Virus record (IMG/VR): IMGVR_UViG_3300025276_000024
Location: 50,830-114,829 of that record
Length of the DNA: 64,000 bases
Strand: one strand, 5' to 3'
Source of the DNA: a virus
A program made the position numbers and the translations under genes. Under the pieces are notes generated by a model, which did no database searches, was not told the origin of the DNA, and worked only from the letters and a program-made list of their open reading frames with translations. Shown piece by piece: positions 10,901 to 21,891 of this stretch. Positions within the stretch are counted from its first letter, which is position 1. The number at the start of each line of letters is the position of its first letter.

Positions 10901-13900
10901 ATATATGGTAAGAGAGCTGAGATTACTAGAAGATCTGTAGAGAAGTATACAGAAGTAGTTGAAGCCAATGAGTTTGTAAACCAATTGGCTAAAGAAGGAA
11001 TATTTGCTGACATTGGTGAAATGGAAATGTTTTTAAAAACAGGAAATATTAATTTCTTACAAACATTTTATGATGATAATGGTTTGATAAATCCTGCTGT
11101 GCATGAAATTAAACATGGCATGATTCAAAGGCTAATTGGAGATTGGAAAAGTACTAGAAAAGATGTTAAGCCAGAAGAAGAAAAATCTGAGGAAGAGGCA
11201 GCTGTAGAACAAACAGAAGACTCAAGAAATAAATTAGATACACTATTAGATAAAGCAGGTATTACAATTGATATTGATACTACAACTAATAGCCCATTAG
11301 TTGTTAAAGCATTAAAGAAAAACTATGCTTTATATAGAGCTAGACAAACTAGACTAGGTCTACCTATTTTAGATAGTGTTGAATGGGCTAATTCAGCTGA
11401 AGCATTAGATGTTAGGAATACAGTAAATGCACTAAAAAGAATTTGGGCATCAGGTGAGGCATCTGTGAATAGTGCAGATGGAACTTTAATATTTAATAAT
11501 CCAAAAGAGTCAGATATAATTAATGGTGATATTGGATTTGAGGAATTTTTACAAGATTCAGAAGTTTTAATTAATAATCCTTTGGTTCAAAGTGTTTTAA
11601 ATCAAAGTACATTAGATCTATCTAATATAGTTTCAATGGCTGAAACAGAGTTAGAAGAAGGTGAATCTTTACCAGATACTCCACAAAGACAATTCTATAA
11701 AGGAGGCCTTGCTGGAGATATATATAAAATAACAACTTTTGATAAAACTAATAACACTACAGATGTATCATATCAAATTTTAGATAAATCAGGTAACCCA
11801 TTATCAAAAGAGTATTTAGATTTTCTAGATGACAACTTTGCATCTGTACAGGGTACTTTTCTAGAGAAAGAAGCACAGATAGCAAAAGATGCATTAGATG
11901 CCTTAGATGAGACTATGCCAGATACAACAGAGTTTTCTTTTGATGGTGTTGGTGGTTTAACATATGGTCAGCCTGTCTATAAAGGAAGTGTTAAATATAT
12001 AGTAGTTCAGAAGCCTCAGTATTCAAATAGATTTGGAGATAACCAAAAACTTAAAGTTATTAAAGAGTCTGAAAATGTTGGACCAATATCAGAAAGAAAG
12101 TTTGAATTTATTGAACAAGGTGATTTTGCTAACAACTTTACTGTTGAAGAAACAACGTTTAATTTATTACCTGATTCTGTTACTAAGATTCAAATAAAAG
12201 ATCTAACAACTTTATATCCTCATACAAACTATACTGAGCTAGGTGCTGGAGAAAATTCAATAGCAAGGGAAAGTGCTATACGTAGTGATAACCTAAAGGC
12301 TAAAGATAGATTTAATATGATATTGTCTGAACTAAGCCCTAGTGAAATTGAAGGTTTAGAATTTGTGGTGTCATTAGATCCTAATGGAGGTAATGTAAGG
12401 GGAGCTTATACAGCAAAAAATAGAGATGGTAAAATATATAAAGAAGCAAATCCATTAATTGATGCACGTACTAGTAAGTATATTATAGGTGTGAGAATTG
12501 CTAATCCAAAATTAAGGGCTGATATAAACAATAAGCTTATTGATAGTGGGATGGAAATTTCTAATAGCCCAGAAGAAGTATTTGCATATTTAAATAATGA
12601 AGCTTTTATAATTAGAGATCAACGTACAGGAAAAGAAATTGATCCTAGATCAATGAATAATGAGCAAGCAAGTAATGTTATATTACAACCAAATAAAAAC
12701 TTGACACTTGAAGAAAAACAAGCGGCTCTTAGCAAAGTACAAAATGACTTTGCATTAAATGCATTAATAGTTCAATCATTTGATAAACTAGATATAGGTA
12801 GTACACCTCAATACTTTGTAGCAGGTAGTAAAGAATTACCTTTTACAATTGACCTTACAGCTGGGGGTGGTAAAGTTGCTTATGCAAAATCAAGAGAAAG
12901 GGTTTATCCTATTCCAATGGATGCATTACAATATGATACAGCAGACAGTGAAGGTAATTTATTTGTTTTTAATTTAAAATATAATAAAGAAACAGGGCAA
13001 AGAGACTATGACTTTACTACAAATCTAAAAGGTGCTGAGAGAGATGCACTTGAAGATGCTGTTGAGTTACAACTTAAAAAGCAAAATCAATGGGATAATC
13101 TATTACGTGCTGGTAAAGGTACTGATAGATATCTTGCTATGGTTAGATTACCTAATGGTACATTTGCCAAAGTAAATCTAAAGCCTACTGTATATACTAC
13201 TGAAGAACTAGATGCTAAACAAGTAGAAGTAGTAGAGGCAGCTAAGAGAATTGGTGCTATTAAAAGTATGGAAAAAAGCATTGAAGAAGCAGTAAAATAC
13301 AATGCAGAATTACAAGACTCATTATTTTTAAGTAGCAAGCCTGGTAATTTAATTGAACTTAATGTGGGTCCTGATGGGTCCATCTTTCTTTCTTTAGATA
13401 ATACAAATACTAAAACTTCTTTTAATATAGGTTTAACCCCAGAAGAAGTTAATGCAACAGATAGATCTGCTAAAGATGTAATTAATGATTTAGTTGAAAA
13501 ATTTAATCTTGATACTGATGGTGGTGGAAGAGTAGAGAAGCTAAGTGCAGAATTAAAAAGTGGCAATTTTAGAAGATCTTTCCCTACAGATACAGATCCA
13601 CAAACAATATATGATAATGCAGTTACAGAAGTATTACCTGAAGTTGTTGAAGCTCAAACTGTTGAAGTATCTGCATCATCAGATGCAATACAACTTTCAC
13701 GTGATATTGCTTTTATTCCTTCTAATGATAAAAGCAAAAAGGTAGAAGAAGAAGGTGAACTTGGTAGAGAAAGACCTACGGCTGAGGAAGATGTTGATAG
13801 TGTAGCTTATATGGAAGATGCAGAGTTTGAGGAAAAACTAGCTAATGTATCACAAGCTGGTATAGGTGATATGCAAAAACATATTGATCACATCACAAAT

Positions 13901-16900
13901 AAGATTTTAAGGAATGAGGGAGAACTGAATGAGCGTGAATTGGAATTAATGAAAGAACCATTTATATCTCAATCAGTTAATCTTGGTGTTGCTACTATGG
14001 GAGGACCAGGTGCATTAGCATCTGCAGATAGTGTTGAAGCAGGAATTGAGACTAGATTAGATAAAGTAAATGCAGAGTTGAATTCTTTAAGAGCTGAACT
14101 TGAGAAAGGTTTATCTAAAAAAGAAAAAATAAAAGCTGTTAGATCAAGTGAAAAATATAAAAAATTATTAGCAGAGAAAAAGAAACTTGAAAAAGGAGCT
14201 AATAAACTTATAGAAGTAACAACAAATAGAGGCCGTATTGAAGACTATAATAAGTTTTTAGATTGGGCTGCTGATAATTTACCAGAAGTAATAGGTATAG
14301 CTAACCTAACAACCCTTGCTAATAATGGAATCTCTGAAGGATATCAAAGAGTAGGTGCTTTTGTAATGAACCTTGATAGAATTGCAAATGGTATAAATAT
14401 AAACGGTACTTTATATACAAGTGAAAATAGTCCATACAAATATCATGAAGCCTTTCATGGTGTATTTAGAATGGTGCTTAGTCAAGAAGAAATAAATAAG
14501 TATAGAAAAATAGCTAAGTCAGAGTTAAAAGCCAAATACGGAAGTACATATAAAACACAATTAGAAAGGTTTAGAAATTCAGCTGAAGCATATCAAGAAA
14601 TGACTGCTCTTGAATTAGAAAATGAATTTGCTGAAGAATATTTGGCAGATGAGTTTGATAACTTTAAAATGAAACCAAGCAGTAGTAAAACAAATGCAGA
14701 TGTTAAGAATTTATTTACTAGAATTATAGAGTGGATTAAATCTGTATTTGGAAAATATTCTGCTAATGAGTTGAATACTTTATTTGAAAACATTGATGCT
14801 GGTAAATATAAAAATGCTGTTATACAAGCAAATGAGTTTACTCAATTAGATACAAGCTTAAGCGGATCTATTAGTGTAGCAAATGCAACAGTAAGATATG
14901 GTTCTGCATCTAAAGTTGTAGCTGAAGGTGAGCCAGCTGGTCAGCTATATGTTGACACAGATGTAATAGATCCTTTAATTAGATCTATGGCTGGTATGTT
15001 TGTTAATAGAGTAAATAAACTTTCTTTAAAAGAACAATCATATAACCCAACTGAAATATATAATGATCTAGAAATTGACTTTATGCTTATGCTTGATCCA
15101 GCAGCAGCAATTAATTCTAGCTTCACTGGAGCTAAAAGAAAATATCTTGAACAATTAGATCAAGCATTTATTAACTATCCAGAAGATATCAAAAAAGAAG
15201 TATTTAATTTAATTAATATTATATCTGATATGGATCAGTCTAATGCTCTTATAGTTGAGAACATTGAAGATGCTACCGGATTAAGATCTACAAGTGAATT
15301 TAATAAAGATGCGGCAGAGATAGGGGGATATAATTCATTATCATTTAAGGTAAGATCATATATTGCTACTACTACGTTGGTTGGAACAGACTTTTTTGGT
15401 AAGACAGAATTAACAGAAGGAGAACCATTAATTGTACCAGTTAAGTTTAATGAAGCATATAATAGTATATTAAAATCTGTGTCAAATGAAAGTGACCCAG
15501 TTACTATGCTAAAAAGAATGTTTTCATATTCAAGATTAAACCCACAAGGAAAAGCAGTAGTAGATAAACTATTTAATGATACAGGATTAAGTATAGAAAA
15601 ATTAATGACTGAAGATCCATTTAAAGATTTAAAAGATGGATCATTATTAATTTCTATGCTAAAAGGATTTGAAAATTACAAAGTAGATTATATATTTAAT
15701 GAAAGGGATTCAAATGGTAACCTATTAATATATACTGCTTCAGAACGTGATGACATTAATTCACAATTAGATGAGTGGGCTCAGGCATTTATAACTAAAC
15801 AAAAGCTTGCGCTATCAGATCCTAAGAGGGTAAAAGACTTCTTAAGATTAACAAAGAATATGAAAGAAGTAATGACTTCATATCCAGAAGATACATCAAC
15901 AATAATTGGAGTGTCAAGAGAGTTTTCTCAAAAGATGTTTGATCTAATAGGTATTAGATTAAGTCCAAATTATATTGCGTTTAGTATTGCTTCTGCTAAA
16001 ACAGAATCTGACCTAGAAAACAGTCCAGAACTAGGTGCATTAAAGCAAGGGTATTCAGACTCTACTCCACTTTCAAATGAGCTTCTAGATCAATTATATA
16101 CTGGTTTTAAAAACAATGTAAACATATTCTCTAAGAAAGAAGATGGTATGGCATCTAGGTTAACTACATTAAGTATTAACAACGCTACATTTGATGAAAC
16201 TATTGGTGCATCAACATTTGTTAATCCTAATGGTGATGTAGTATATGCACATCAATTACCAACATATCATTTAAAAGCAATACAAGCATTAAACACATCA
16301 GTTAAAAGAGATCAATTAATGCAAGATGAGTATTTAAAAAACAATTACTTACTTAATAATGAAGCCTTTAATGAATTGGCAAATCAAAATAGAATAAAGG
16401 TTATTAGAATTGCTGGTAGTAAGCTTAAAAATCAAATTGAAACTAATGATGATAGTCAAACTACAGAAGATATACTAAATGAATCTATATCTAAAAATAA
16501 ATCAACACAAAGTTTTGGTGAGTTTACCCCTCAAGAGTTTGCTATATCTTTAATAAACAACTACACTGCTAACTTTAATAGAAGAAGTGGTAAAGTAGAA
16601 ACTGTAGTGGGCTTAGGTAAACAAGACATTGCACTAGCACCTGTGTTTCTTAGAGTAATGGAAGCAGCAAATACAGGAGATTTAACATCATTGCCTATTA
16701 TTAAAGCTGTGTCAATTAAAGCTGATGGTAGTATTAATTTAACTCCTCAAGCTATAAATGTTTTTATGGATTCTATCTCAGCTGAGTTTGAAAGAATAAA
16801 CAGAGAAACAATTGAATATCAAAAATCTACTGGTGAAATAGAAGGGTTTAATGACTCATTAGAAGGTAGAGCATTTTCATTTACTAATAACGAAATGCTT

Positions 16901-19900
16901 ATTTCTGGATCATTGCAAGAATCATTAATAAACATTGCAATGCAGTCTGGTGCAAAGGAAGAAGTTATTAGTTTTGAAAAAGCTGTTTCTTTAGCACAGG
17001 GTGTTTCAATGGCGGGTATAAGAAGTGAGGTAACTAAATCATTAAATGAAAGCTTTAAAGAATTTGATACACTACTACAAGATTTAAAAGTAAAAGATAA
17101 TTTATCTAAACAAGTACTACAAGGTTTAACAATTGGAGAAGGAGTTGCAAGAACTTCTATTGAATTATCTGGATTAAAATTAAATTTAAATACCAACACA
17201 TCTCATAACCTACAACAAATATTTTTTAACAATTGGATAATTTCTAAGTCCATAAATGATTTACTATTGGGAGACCAAGCCGTATCATTAAAAGATATGG
17301 TTGATAGAGTTAAGAGAGCTAAGCTTCAGAATGCTGCATATTACAGTGCTTCTAGTAAAGTTGTAGATCCGTCTAAGGGTATATTTCATGAAAGTACTAA
17401 TTTTGATATGTTTAGTTTTCAAGAACCAAAGGCTAAATCTTCATTAACAAATAATAATATAGATCTAGCTGATGCTCAAGCATACATAACTACTAAAGGA
17501 GTACGTTATGCTACGTTTGCATTTGGAAGATTGAGTCCTGCAATGTCAAACATGTTAGATGATATTGATGTTGGTAATCCTATTGATGCTGATAGAGCAT
17601 ATGGGACAGAAGAAAATACAATTAATTTATCTGAACAACAAGACTTTATAAATTCTAAGAAGTATGTATATATGGATGGTAAGACAGCTATTAAAATGTC
17701 TGTTACTGTCTTAACTAAAGAGTATACATCAAATTATAATGACAATCTTGGTAAGTGGGAAGCAAAACCTAACATGGTTGAGCTACATTATTTACGTGAG
17801 CAAATGGAAGCCAATGAGGAAAAGAATCAAAACTTTGCTATGGCCGCTCCATTATCTGCAATAAAGATGATGAAGCAATCAGTTAATAGACTTAATCCAG
17901 AGTCTGGTAAATTTGATAAGACAAGAGATTTAACATCTATTAATCTAGATACATCTTACCTAGGGCTACAAGTTATTAATCCATCTAACAAGAAGATTGT
18001 AACTGATATGTCACAAATAAAAGAGCTTATTACAAGTGAACAAGATGATAATGTAGAGGTTGAAGGCATGGTAGATGAAAATGGTGAAACAATGAATGTA
18101 GGTGCTCTTAAAGTTGCCTATAACAAAGCAGTATCTGAAAGAGTTACATTAAAATATAAGAACAAAAGAAATTTAATATTCTCATTTGATACAGCACTGG
18201 ATGAATTTGAATTATCTAAAGAAGCTGGAGCTATTACACCAAATCTAGCTGCCTTTTTACTTGAAGCACAAACATCATTACAGGCATCAGGAGTAAGTTC
18301 AAATTTATTAGAGTTCTTTTCTTTAGAAGACGGAGCACAAAAATATAATTTAAATAGTCCGGTGACTGCTAAGAGGTTTGAGTCATTATTTTTAACATAC
18401 TTTAGTAAAGGCACCTTAAGAGAAAAAGTACCTGGAGATGCGTTTGCACTTGTATCATCATTTGGTCACAAAGTTTACAGACGTGTATTTGAAATTAAAG
18501 ATGGTGTACCAATTAGATCTGAAATAGTAAGAGAGAGCTCAATGAAAGGTGTAACACCTGAAGTAAGCATAGATGATTTACTACAAAGTGCTATACCTGC
18601 AGAAGGAGTAATTGTTCTTGATGATCTGCGTACTGGAGTTATGGAATATAAAAATGGTAAACCAACTGGCTTAAGATATAGTGAGGTTATTATGCCTCCT
18701 ATGGACAAAAACATAATGAGCCTTATATATAATAGTGAAAATGCATCTATCCCAGATGCAATATCTAAAATGTTTGGTGTGCGTATTCCAACTCAAGATA
18801 AACATTCAGCTGTAAATATGAAAGTGGTAGACTTTATGCCTGTGTATTATGGTTCTTCAGCTATATTTCCTAAAGAGTTAGTAGAAATATCTGGAGCAGA
18901 TTTTGATATTGATAAAGTGTATGCTCTTATGAAGGAGTATTACTTAGATAGTAATAAAAACTTTGTAGAGTATGGTGCTGGTAATTCATATTTTGAATAT
19001 GTAAAATATATGAATAGGCAAGTTAAGCAAGCTGGTAACCCAATTAGAACTGCCTCTGACTTATATAAAGATGAAGTTCTTTCTATCAGAATAGATAATG
19101 CTTTAACTGATTCTGAAAAAAATAGACTTACTGATGCCAATGGTATAAATAAAATAAGTGAGGAAGCTCTAAGAGCTATGTTAGTATTAGGTCTCCCTGC
19201 TACACAAGCACAGTTTAAAAGCTATGTTGAAAAAAACGGAACACCTAATGAGGCTGTATTAAACAACAGAATTGTAGATCTGAGATATGCATTAGCTGGG
19301 AATAGAGGTATGACTGGTTCTGAATTATCTGTTTTAAATGATGGTCAATTAAAATATGATTTACCTATTGCATATCAATCTGCTGATTTAGCTGTACTAG
19401 AAGATTTATTTAAAAGATTTTCAAGTACTGATTCTGGTATGGAACTATTTCAAAATAGAGTTGACTCATCAGTTGATGTAGATAATCTTACTGGTATGAT
19501 CAAAGCTTTTGAAGCTAATAAAGGTGCAGCAATTGGTGCTATTGTAAAACCAAATTTATATTTAAGTTTGCTTAGAGAGTATAAAATAAAATTAAAATCT
19601 CCTATAAAATTTAATAATAACACCTATGATGGCTTTACTCAAAATGAAATAGATGGGGTTAGAATTCAGGATATTGTTTCTTCTCTAATTACAATGGAAA
19701 CAGATAATGCTAAAGAACGTTTAATATCTAAGTTAGGTTTAAATATACAAGCTGTAGGTATAGCAGGTAATATGTTATCACTTGGAGTTAGTCTAGACAC
19801 AACAATTCTTTTATTGAATTCAGCTGAGGTACGTGATTTATTTGCTCTTGCATTAAATAAAGATGATCAATTTGATCCAAGCTTAAATACATTATTAAAA

Positions 19901-21877
19901 CAAAGAATTGCACAATTAAGTAAAAACATTACAGATCAAAAAACCAAAGGTAATAAACCTACTTTTGTTAGACTAACAGATGAGTTTTTAAAGACTGCTG
20001 TAGATAGTACTGAAGACCTTACTGATAATGAAAGAATACAAATTTTATATCTATTTAAGAAGTTCAATGATCTTAAAACTTATACATCAAAAATGGGATC
20101 TGTTACTGCTCTTACAAAAGGCCTGCCTCAAAATATTCCTGCTGTAAAGAAAACTATACAAGATCTACAAGAATTGTTTGATAAGAAAACAGCCTTGATG
20201 AACTTATCTCCATTGTATAAAAGTAAAACATGGCAAAGCACATACTTAAAAATATTTAGTCAAATTTATTCTGACTTATTGCCAAACACTCTTTTAACAA
20301 TGAGCTCAGAGTTTGCTAGTGTTTTAGATCCAGTATATAGCGGTATGAATACTGATGACAGAGGTTTTGATAATGAAACAAGAAATGTTATTGAACAAGA
20401 TCTACTATCATATCTAACTATTAAGTCTTATCAAAAATTACTTAATAACAGTTCTGGTAATTCATCTGTAGAGAATACATTAATTTATCCAGGCCCTGTT
20501 GGAGCAACTGACTTGTCATTGATTAAAAAAATAAATGATTATCAGTTAGTAAGGGAAGAACAAGATTTAGAGTCTAATTACTTTTTAGATTCTTTTATAG
20601 GTACTAACTATGCCGGTACAGCAAGTAATAAAACAGGTCTAAACTTAGTAGTAGCAGATACATGGAGAAGACTCAACTCTGCTAATAAAATTGATTTACA
20701 AACTTCCTTTGCAAGGTTGTATGGTTCAATTGAAACAAGGGAATTAGCTGAGGATGTACTACATTACATGATGGTTAAAGATGGTCTACAACTTAAGTAT
20801 GGTACTTTAATGTCAGCAATGAGTCCATTTGTAATGAATAAGTATTTGACTAATGTTGCATCTGTAGAAAAAGCATTAAAAGGACAACTTGATTTTGAAA
20901 AAGTATTTGGTCTATCTAAACAAGAAGTAATGTCTGAGTTTAAGTATGGGTATCTACAATCTAATGTAGTAGGTCCATTATTACATACATATGATGCATC
21001 AGCTTTACAAGATGGCTTTGTTTGGGATCCAACAACTATACCTAATAAATTTACAGTTACTTCAGATGACTATCATGGAAAAGAGTTTATTAGAATTAAG
21101 AGTGAAAGAAATGGATTTTCAGGAATTGCTTATTACACTACATTCAGACTTCTAGAACAGGAACAAGAGAATGTATATGAATATGTAGAGATTTCATCTA
21201 TGGGATCTAATCAACAATTTGGAGGTGGCTTTGTAGGAGGTCCTAGATTAACATATCAACAAACCAGAAACCTAGGTAGAGGCACTCAACAAAATGACTA
21301 CCCGGCTAATGCATATGAATTGTCTAAGGATGAACTTCTAGAAGACTATTCACAAGTTGATGGTAAACCTGTAGGTACAGGTGTTGGTATTGTAGATACA
21401 AATCTTGAGAAAAAGCAGGAGATTACTGAAGCATTAAATTCTGAATCAGCAATTATAAATCAAACAAATGATAGCGTAAGTGTTAAGGTTGACGAAGATG
21501 CCAAAGAAGTAAATATTAGTAAGGAGCAGTTAATGCTGCAGGAGCTCTCTAAGAATCAAAAAAGTTTTATCTTTGATGAGAATGGTAATTCAATTATAGA
21601 GGATACTGATCAGTCTCTTCCTGAACAGACAGAAGAAGAACAACAGGAAACAGAAGAACTAAATGAAGGATTAAAAGATTCTGTAGAAGATGCTGAGGCA
21701 AGTATATTAGAAGAATGGTGGAGTAAGAATATAGTAGGTAATCCTGCAGCAATAGAAGCTTTAAGGGTTGATGGTATACAGAGTATAGATGATGCAAAAC
21801 TTTTATATGGGGATATGTTTTCTCAATCAGAAGATGGACAACAACAATTGATAGATAGACTTAAATGTCTTATATAA
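7958..21877 (+). CDS. Giant virion RNA polymerase protein (4639 aa): hydrophobic N-terminal region, zincin domain, crAss-type double-psi-barrel RNAP
   Basis: Catalytic GADFDIDK (D3648 at 18899) preceded by RIPTQDKHS; HEAFH zincin motif at 14444-14458 followed by EEYLADEF; Gly/Ala-rich hydrophobic segments in the first ~600 aa. Confidence 0.88.
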   Translation: MENESKGPLSEEIVSQQRPAPSIIPEGQFRFEPIADLFETPETNFNDLLMSGPLAADEISGVNEYKADIDKYGISAMASLGVGVPSFATDTYNPIAQDQPDKSTFSKMQELSTLPNAPVSTNRLAPVFSGMRQTQFLRYYNHPEFDKLGFSPYANMENFYNENSTIWDDMERMRGQWFSLAGTGLNSVYGSLTSGTDYLEPDLASASEFEDIMAISSSTRGGVGGFINNLAANSAYTGGILASIAIEEVILAGAAALQGGMNPVSDAALIARTAKNTVTGTKALYSFTKLFERTRKILQKAKELETARDFFTAVKSGGKMSLNLLGKGFTPNTVKAFRNIKTAENAGQNMSNLAKMSTKFGGFYRDLRAVNLAMAESKLEAGMVYNQVMRQGLTEASNKNMGKGPGEDFEGDIANAANNASFKAMLANAPLIYASNWFVIGNALGGFQRGIQRTLGNTFQKGFAKNIVNTAGKKVVNSAGELIKSPFKYVGNSFSNMWGKVKAGGFKGLTGAGSIAMLDYFAANVAEGIQEIGQEAISAATVGYYTEILDNPAQGGIDLRNQMIMSAMGDQFSAEGANVFLSGFLMGGLVSGPQKLFFQGVPSIYNYGLQQAGIGLASKSQKEAYAEYKKNREEMIDEVVKSYNKSWDTQAYDPSDLFDLTRMNFMVQKEAAESIRKNVFSQDRFGVIDAKDASKFSQYNYMFATGGSANFKNQLQGFLELSDEELIQAFPNVSKQDKQSGKLRERITSMMTSMDKIEDSYNRNKDKNVNPFNKNKYNRKTQETEYIAEALNQYAYDHVRYLQMFTENGFNRALERADGIYSILESEPLFKGMSANDITVLLDSDSIEKEISMLQQQIAATEGADKGLGESNKTKRQKIKRLTAMYKIVTDPQNRFKNGTFKRNKLLKGKLRSEFKNYVRFMASSKGEFVSEDKIDTALEQIVDYGALKGRARVYDKAIQYLQNPEKFAEIQQRQYEVNKVIYGKRAEITRRSVEKYTEVVEANEFVNQLAKEGIFADIGEMEMFLKTGNINFLQTFYDDNGLINPAVHEIKHGMIQRLIGDWKSTRKDVKPEEEKSEEEAAVEQTEDSRNKLDTLLDKAGITIDIDTTTNSPLVVKALKKNYALYRARQTRLGLPILDSVEWANSAEALDVRNTVNALKRIWASGEASVNSADGTLIFNNPKESDIINGDIGFEEFLQDSEVLINNPLVQSVLNQSTLDLSNIVSMAETELEEGESLPDTPQRQFYKGGLAGDIYKITTFDKTNNTTDVSYQILDKSGNPLSKEYLDFLDDNFASVQGTFLEKEAQIAKDALDALDETMPDTTEFSFDGVGGLTYGQPVYKGSVKYIVVQKPQYSNRFGDNQKLKVIKESENVGPISERKFEFIEQGDFANNFTVEETTFNLLPDSVTKIQIKDLTTLYPHTNYTELGAGENSIARESAIRSDNLKAKDRFNMILSELSPSEIEGLEFVVSLDPNGGNVRGAYTAKNRDGKIYKEANPLIDARTSKYIIGVRIANPKLRADINNKLIDSGMEISNSPEEVFAYLNNEAFIIRDQRTGKEIDPRSMNNEQASNVILQPNKNLTLEEKQAALSKVQNDFALNALIVQSFDKLDIGSTPQYFVAGSKELPFTIDLTAGGGKVAYAKSRERVYPIPMDALQYDTADSEGNLFVFNLKYNKETGQRDYDFTTNLKGAERDALEDAVELQLKKQNQWDNLLRAGKGTDRYLAMVRLPNGTFAKVNLKPTVYTTEELDAKQVEVVEAAKRIGAIKSMEKSIEEAVKYNAELQDSLFLSSKPGNLIELNVGPDGSIFLSLDNTNTKTSFNIGLTPEEVNATDRSAKDVINDLVEKFNLDTDGGGRVEKLSAELKSGNFRRSFPTDTDPQTIYDNAVTEVLPEVVEAQTVEVSASSDAIQLSRDIAFIPSNDKSKKVEEEGELGRERPTAEEDVDSVAYMEDAEFEEKLANVSQAGIGDMQKHIDHITNKILRNEGELNERELELMKEPFISQSVNLGVATMGGPGALASADSVEAGIETRLDKVNAELNSLRAELEKGLSKKEKIKAVRSSEKYKKLLAEKKKLEKGANKLIEVTTNRGRIEDYNKFLDWAADNLPEVIGIANLTTLANNGISEGYQRVGAFVMNLDRIANGININGTLYTSENSPYKYHEAFHGVFRMVLSQEEINKYRKIAKSELKAKYGSTYKTQLERFRNSAEAYQEMTALELENEFAEEYLADEFDNFKMKPSSSKTNADVKNLFTRIIEWIKSVFGKYSANELNTLFENIDAGKYKNAVIQANEFTQLDTSLSGSISVANATVRYGSASKVVAEGEPAGQLYVDTDVIDPLIRSMAGMFVNRVNKLSLKEQSYNPTEIYNDLEIDFMLMLDPAAAINSSFTGAKRKYLEQLDQAFINYPEDIKKEVFNLINIISDMDQSNALIVENIEDATGLRSTSEFNKDAAEIGGYNSLSFKVRSYIATTTLVGTDFFGKTELTEGEPLIVPVKFNEAYNSILKSVSNESDPVTMLKRMFSYSRLNPQGKAVVDKLFNDTGLSIEKLMTEDPFKDLKDGSLLISMLKGFENYKVDYIFNERDSNGNLLIYTASERDDINSQLDEWAQAFITKQKLALSDPKRVKDFLRLTKNMKEVMTSYPEDTSTIIGVSREFSQKMFDLIGIRLSPNYIAFSIASAKTESDLENSPELGALKQGYSDSTPLSNELLDQLYTGFKNNVNIFSKKEDGMASRLTTLSINNATFDETIGASTFVNPNGDVVYAHQLPTYHLKAIQALNTSVKRDQLMQDEYLKNNYLLNNEAFNELANQNRIKVIRIAGSKLKNQIETNDDSQTTEDILNESISKNKSTQSFGEFTPQEFAISLINNYTANFNRRSGKVETVVGLGKQDIALAPVFLRVMEAANTGDLTSLPIIKAVSIKADGSINLTPQAINVFMDSISAEFERINRETIEYQKSTGEIEGFNDSLEGRAFSFTNNEMLISGSLQESLINIAMQSGAKEEVISFEKAVSLAQGVSMAGIRSEVTKSLNESFKEFDTLLQDLKVKDNLSKQVLQGLTIGEGVARTSIELSGLKLNLNTNTSHNLQQIFFNNWIISKSINDLLLGDQAVSLKDMVDRVKRAKLQNAAYYSASSKVVDPSKGIFHESTNFDMFSFQEPKAKSSLTNNNIDLADAQAYITTKGVRYATFAFGRLSPAMSNMLDDIDVGNPIDADRAYGTEENTINLSEQQDFINSKKYVYMDGKTAIKMSVTVLTKEYTSNYNDNLGKWEAKPNMVELHYLREQMEANEEKNQNFAMAAPLSAIKMMKQSVNRLNPESGKFDKTRDLTSINLDTSYLGLQVINPSNKKIVTDMSQIKELITSEQDDNVEVEGMVDENGETMNVGALKVAYNKAVSERVTLKYKNKRNLIFSFDTALDEFELSKEAGAITPNLAAFLLEAQTSLQASGVSSNLLEFFSLEDGAQKYNLNSPVTAKRFESLFLTYFSKGTLREKVPGDAFALVSSFGHKVYRRVFEIKDGVPIRSEIVRESSMKGVTPEVSIDDLLQSAIPAEGVIVLDDLRTGVMEYKNGKPTGLRYSEVIMPPMDKNIMSLIYNSENASIPDAISKMFGVRIPTQDKHSAVNMKVVDFMPVYYGSSAIFPKELVEISGADFDIDKVYALMKEYYLDSNKNFVEYGAGNSYFEYVKYMNRQVKQAGNPIRTASDLYKDEVLSIRIDNALTDSEKNRLTDANGINKISEEALRAMLVLGLPATQAQFKSYVEKNGTPNEAVLNNRIVDLRYALAGNRGMTGSELSVLNDGQLKYDLPIAYQSADLAVLEDLFKRFSSTDSGMELFQNRVDSSVDVDNLTGMIKAFEANKGAAIGAIVKPNLYLSLLREYKIKLKSPIKFNNNTYDGFTQNEIDGVRIQDIVSSLITMETDNAKERLISKLGLNIQAVGIAGNMLSLGVSLDTTILLLNSAEVRDLFALALNKDDQFDPSLNTLLKQRIAQLSKNITDQKTKGNKPTFVRLTDEFLKTAVDSTEDLTDNERIQILYLFKKFNDLKTYTSKMGSVTALTKGLPQNIPAVKKTIQDLQELFDKKTALMNLSPLYKSKTWQSTYLKIFSQIYSDLLPNTLLTMSSEFASVLDPVYSGMNTDDRGFDNETRNVIEQDLLSYLTIKSYQKLLNNSSGNSSVENTLIYPGPVGATDLSLIKKINDYQLVREEQDLESNYFLDSFIGTNYAGTASNKTGLNLVVADTWRRLNSANKIDLQTSFARLYGSIETRELAEDVLHYMMVKDGLQLKYGTLMSAMSPFVMNKYLTNVASVEKALKGQLDFEKVFGLSKQEVMSEFKYGYLQSNVVGPLLHTYDASALQDGFVWDPTTIPNKFTVTSDDYHGKEFIRIKSERNGFSGIAYYTTFRLLEQEQENVYEYVEISSMGSNQQFGGGFVGGPRLTYQQTRNLGRGTQQNDYPANAYELSKDELLEDYSQVDGKPVGTGVGIVDTNLEKKQEITEALNSESAIINQTNDSVSVKVDEDAKEVNISKEQLMLQELSKNQKSFIFDENGNSIIEDTDQSLPEQTEEEQQETEELNEGLKDSVEDAEASILEEWWSKNIVGNPAAIEALRVDGIQSIDDAKLLYGDMFSQSEDGQQQLIDRLKCLI

Positions 21878-21891
21878 TTAAAAAATAGAAA

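Noticed and set aside
11102-11116. Second HExxH (HEIKH) in the 4639-aa protein
   Set aside because: No zincin-like strand context or downstream Glu helix; likely chance in a protein this long.
13087-19140. Antisense ORFs within the vRNAP gene (e.g. 13087..13566, 16819..17199)
   Set aside because: Ser/Leu/Phe-rich shadow frames expected from the sense-strand codon bias; no motifs.
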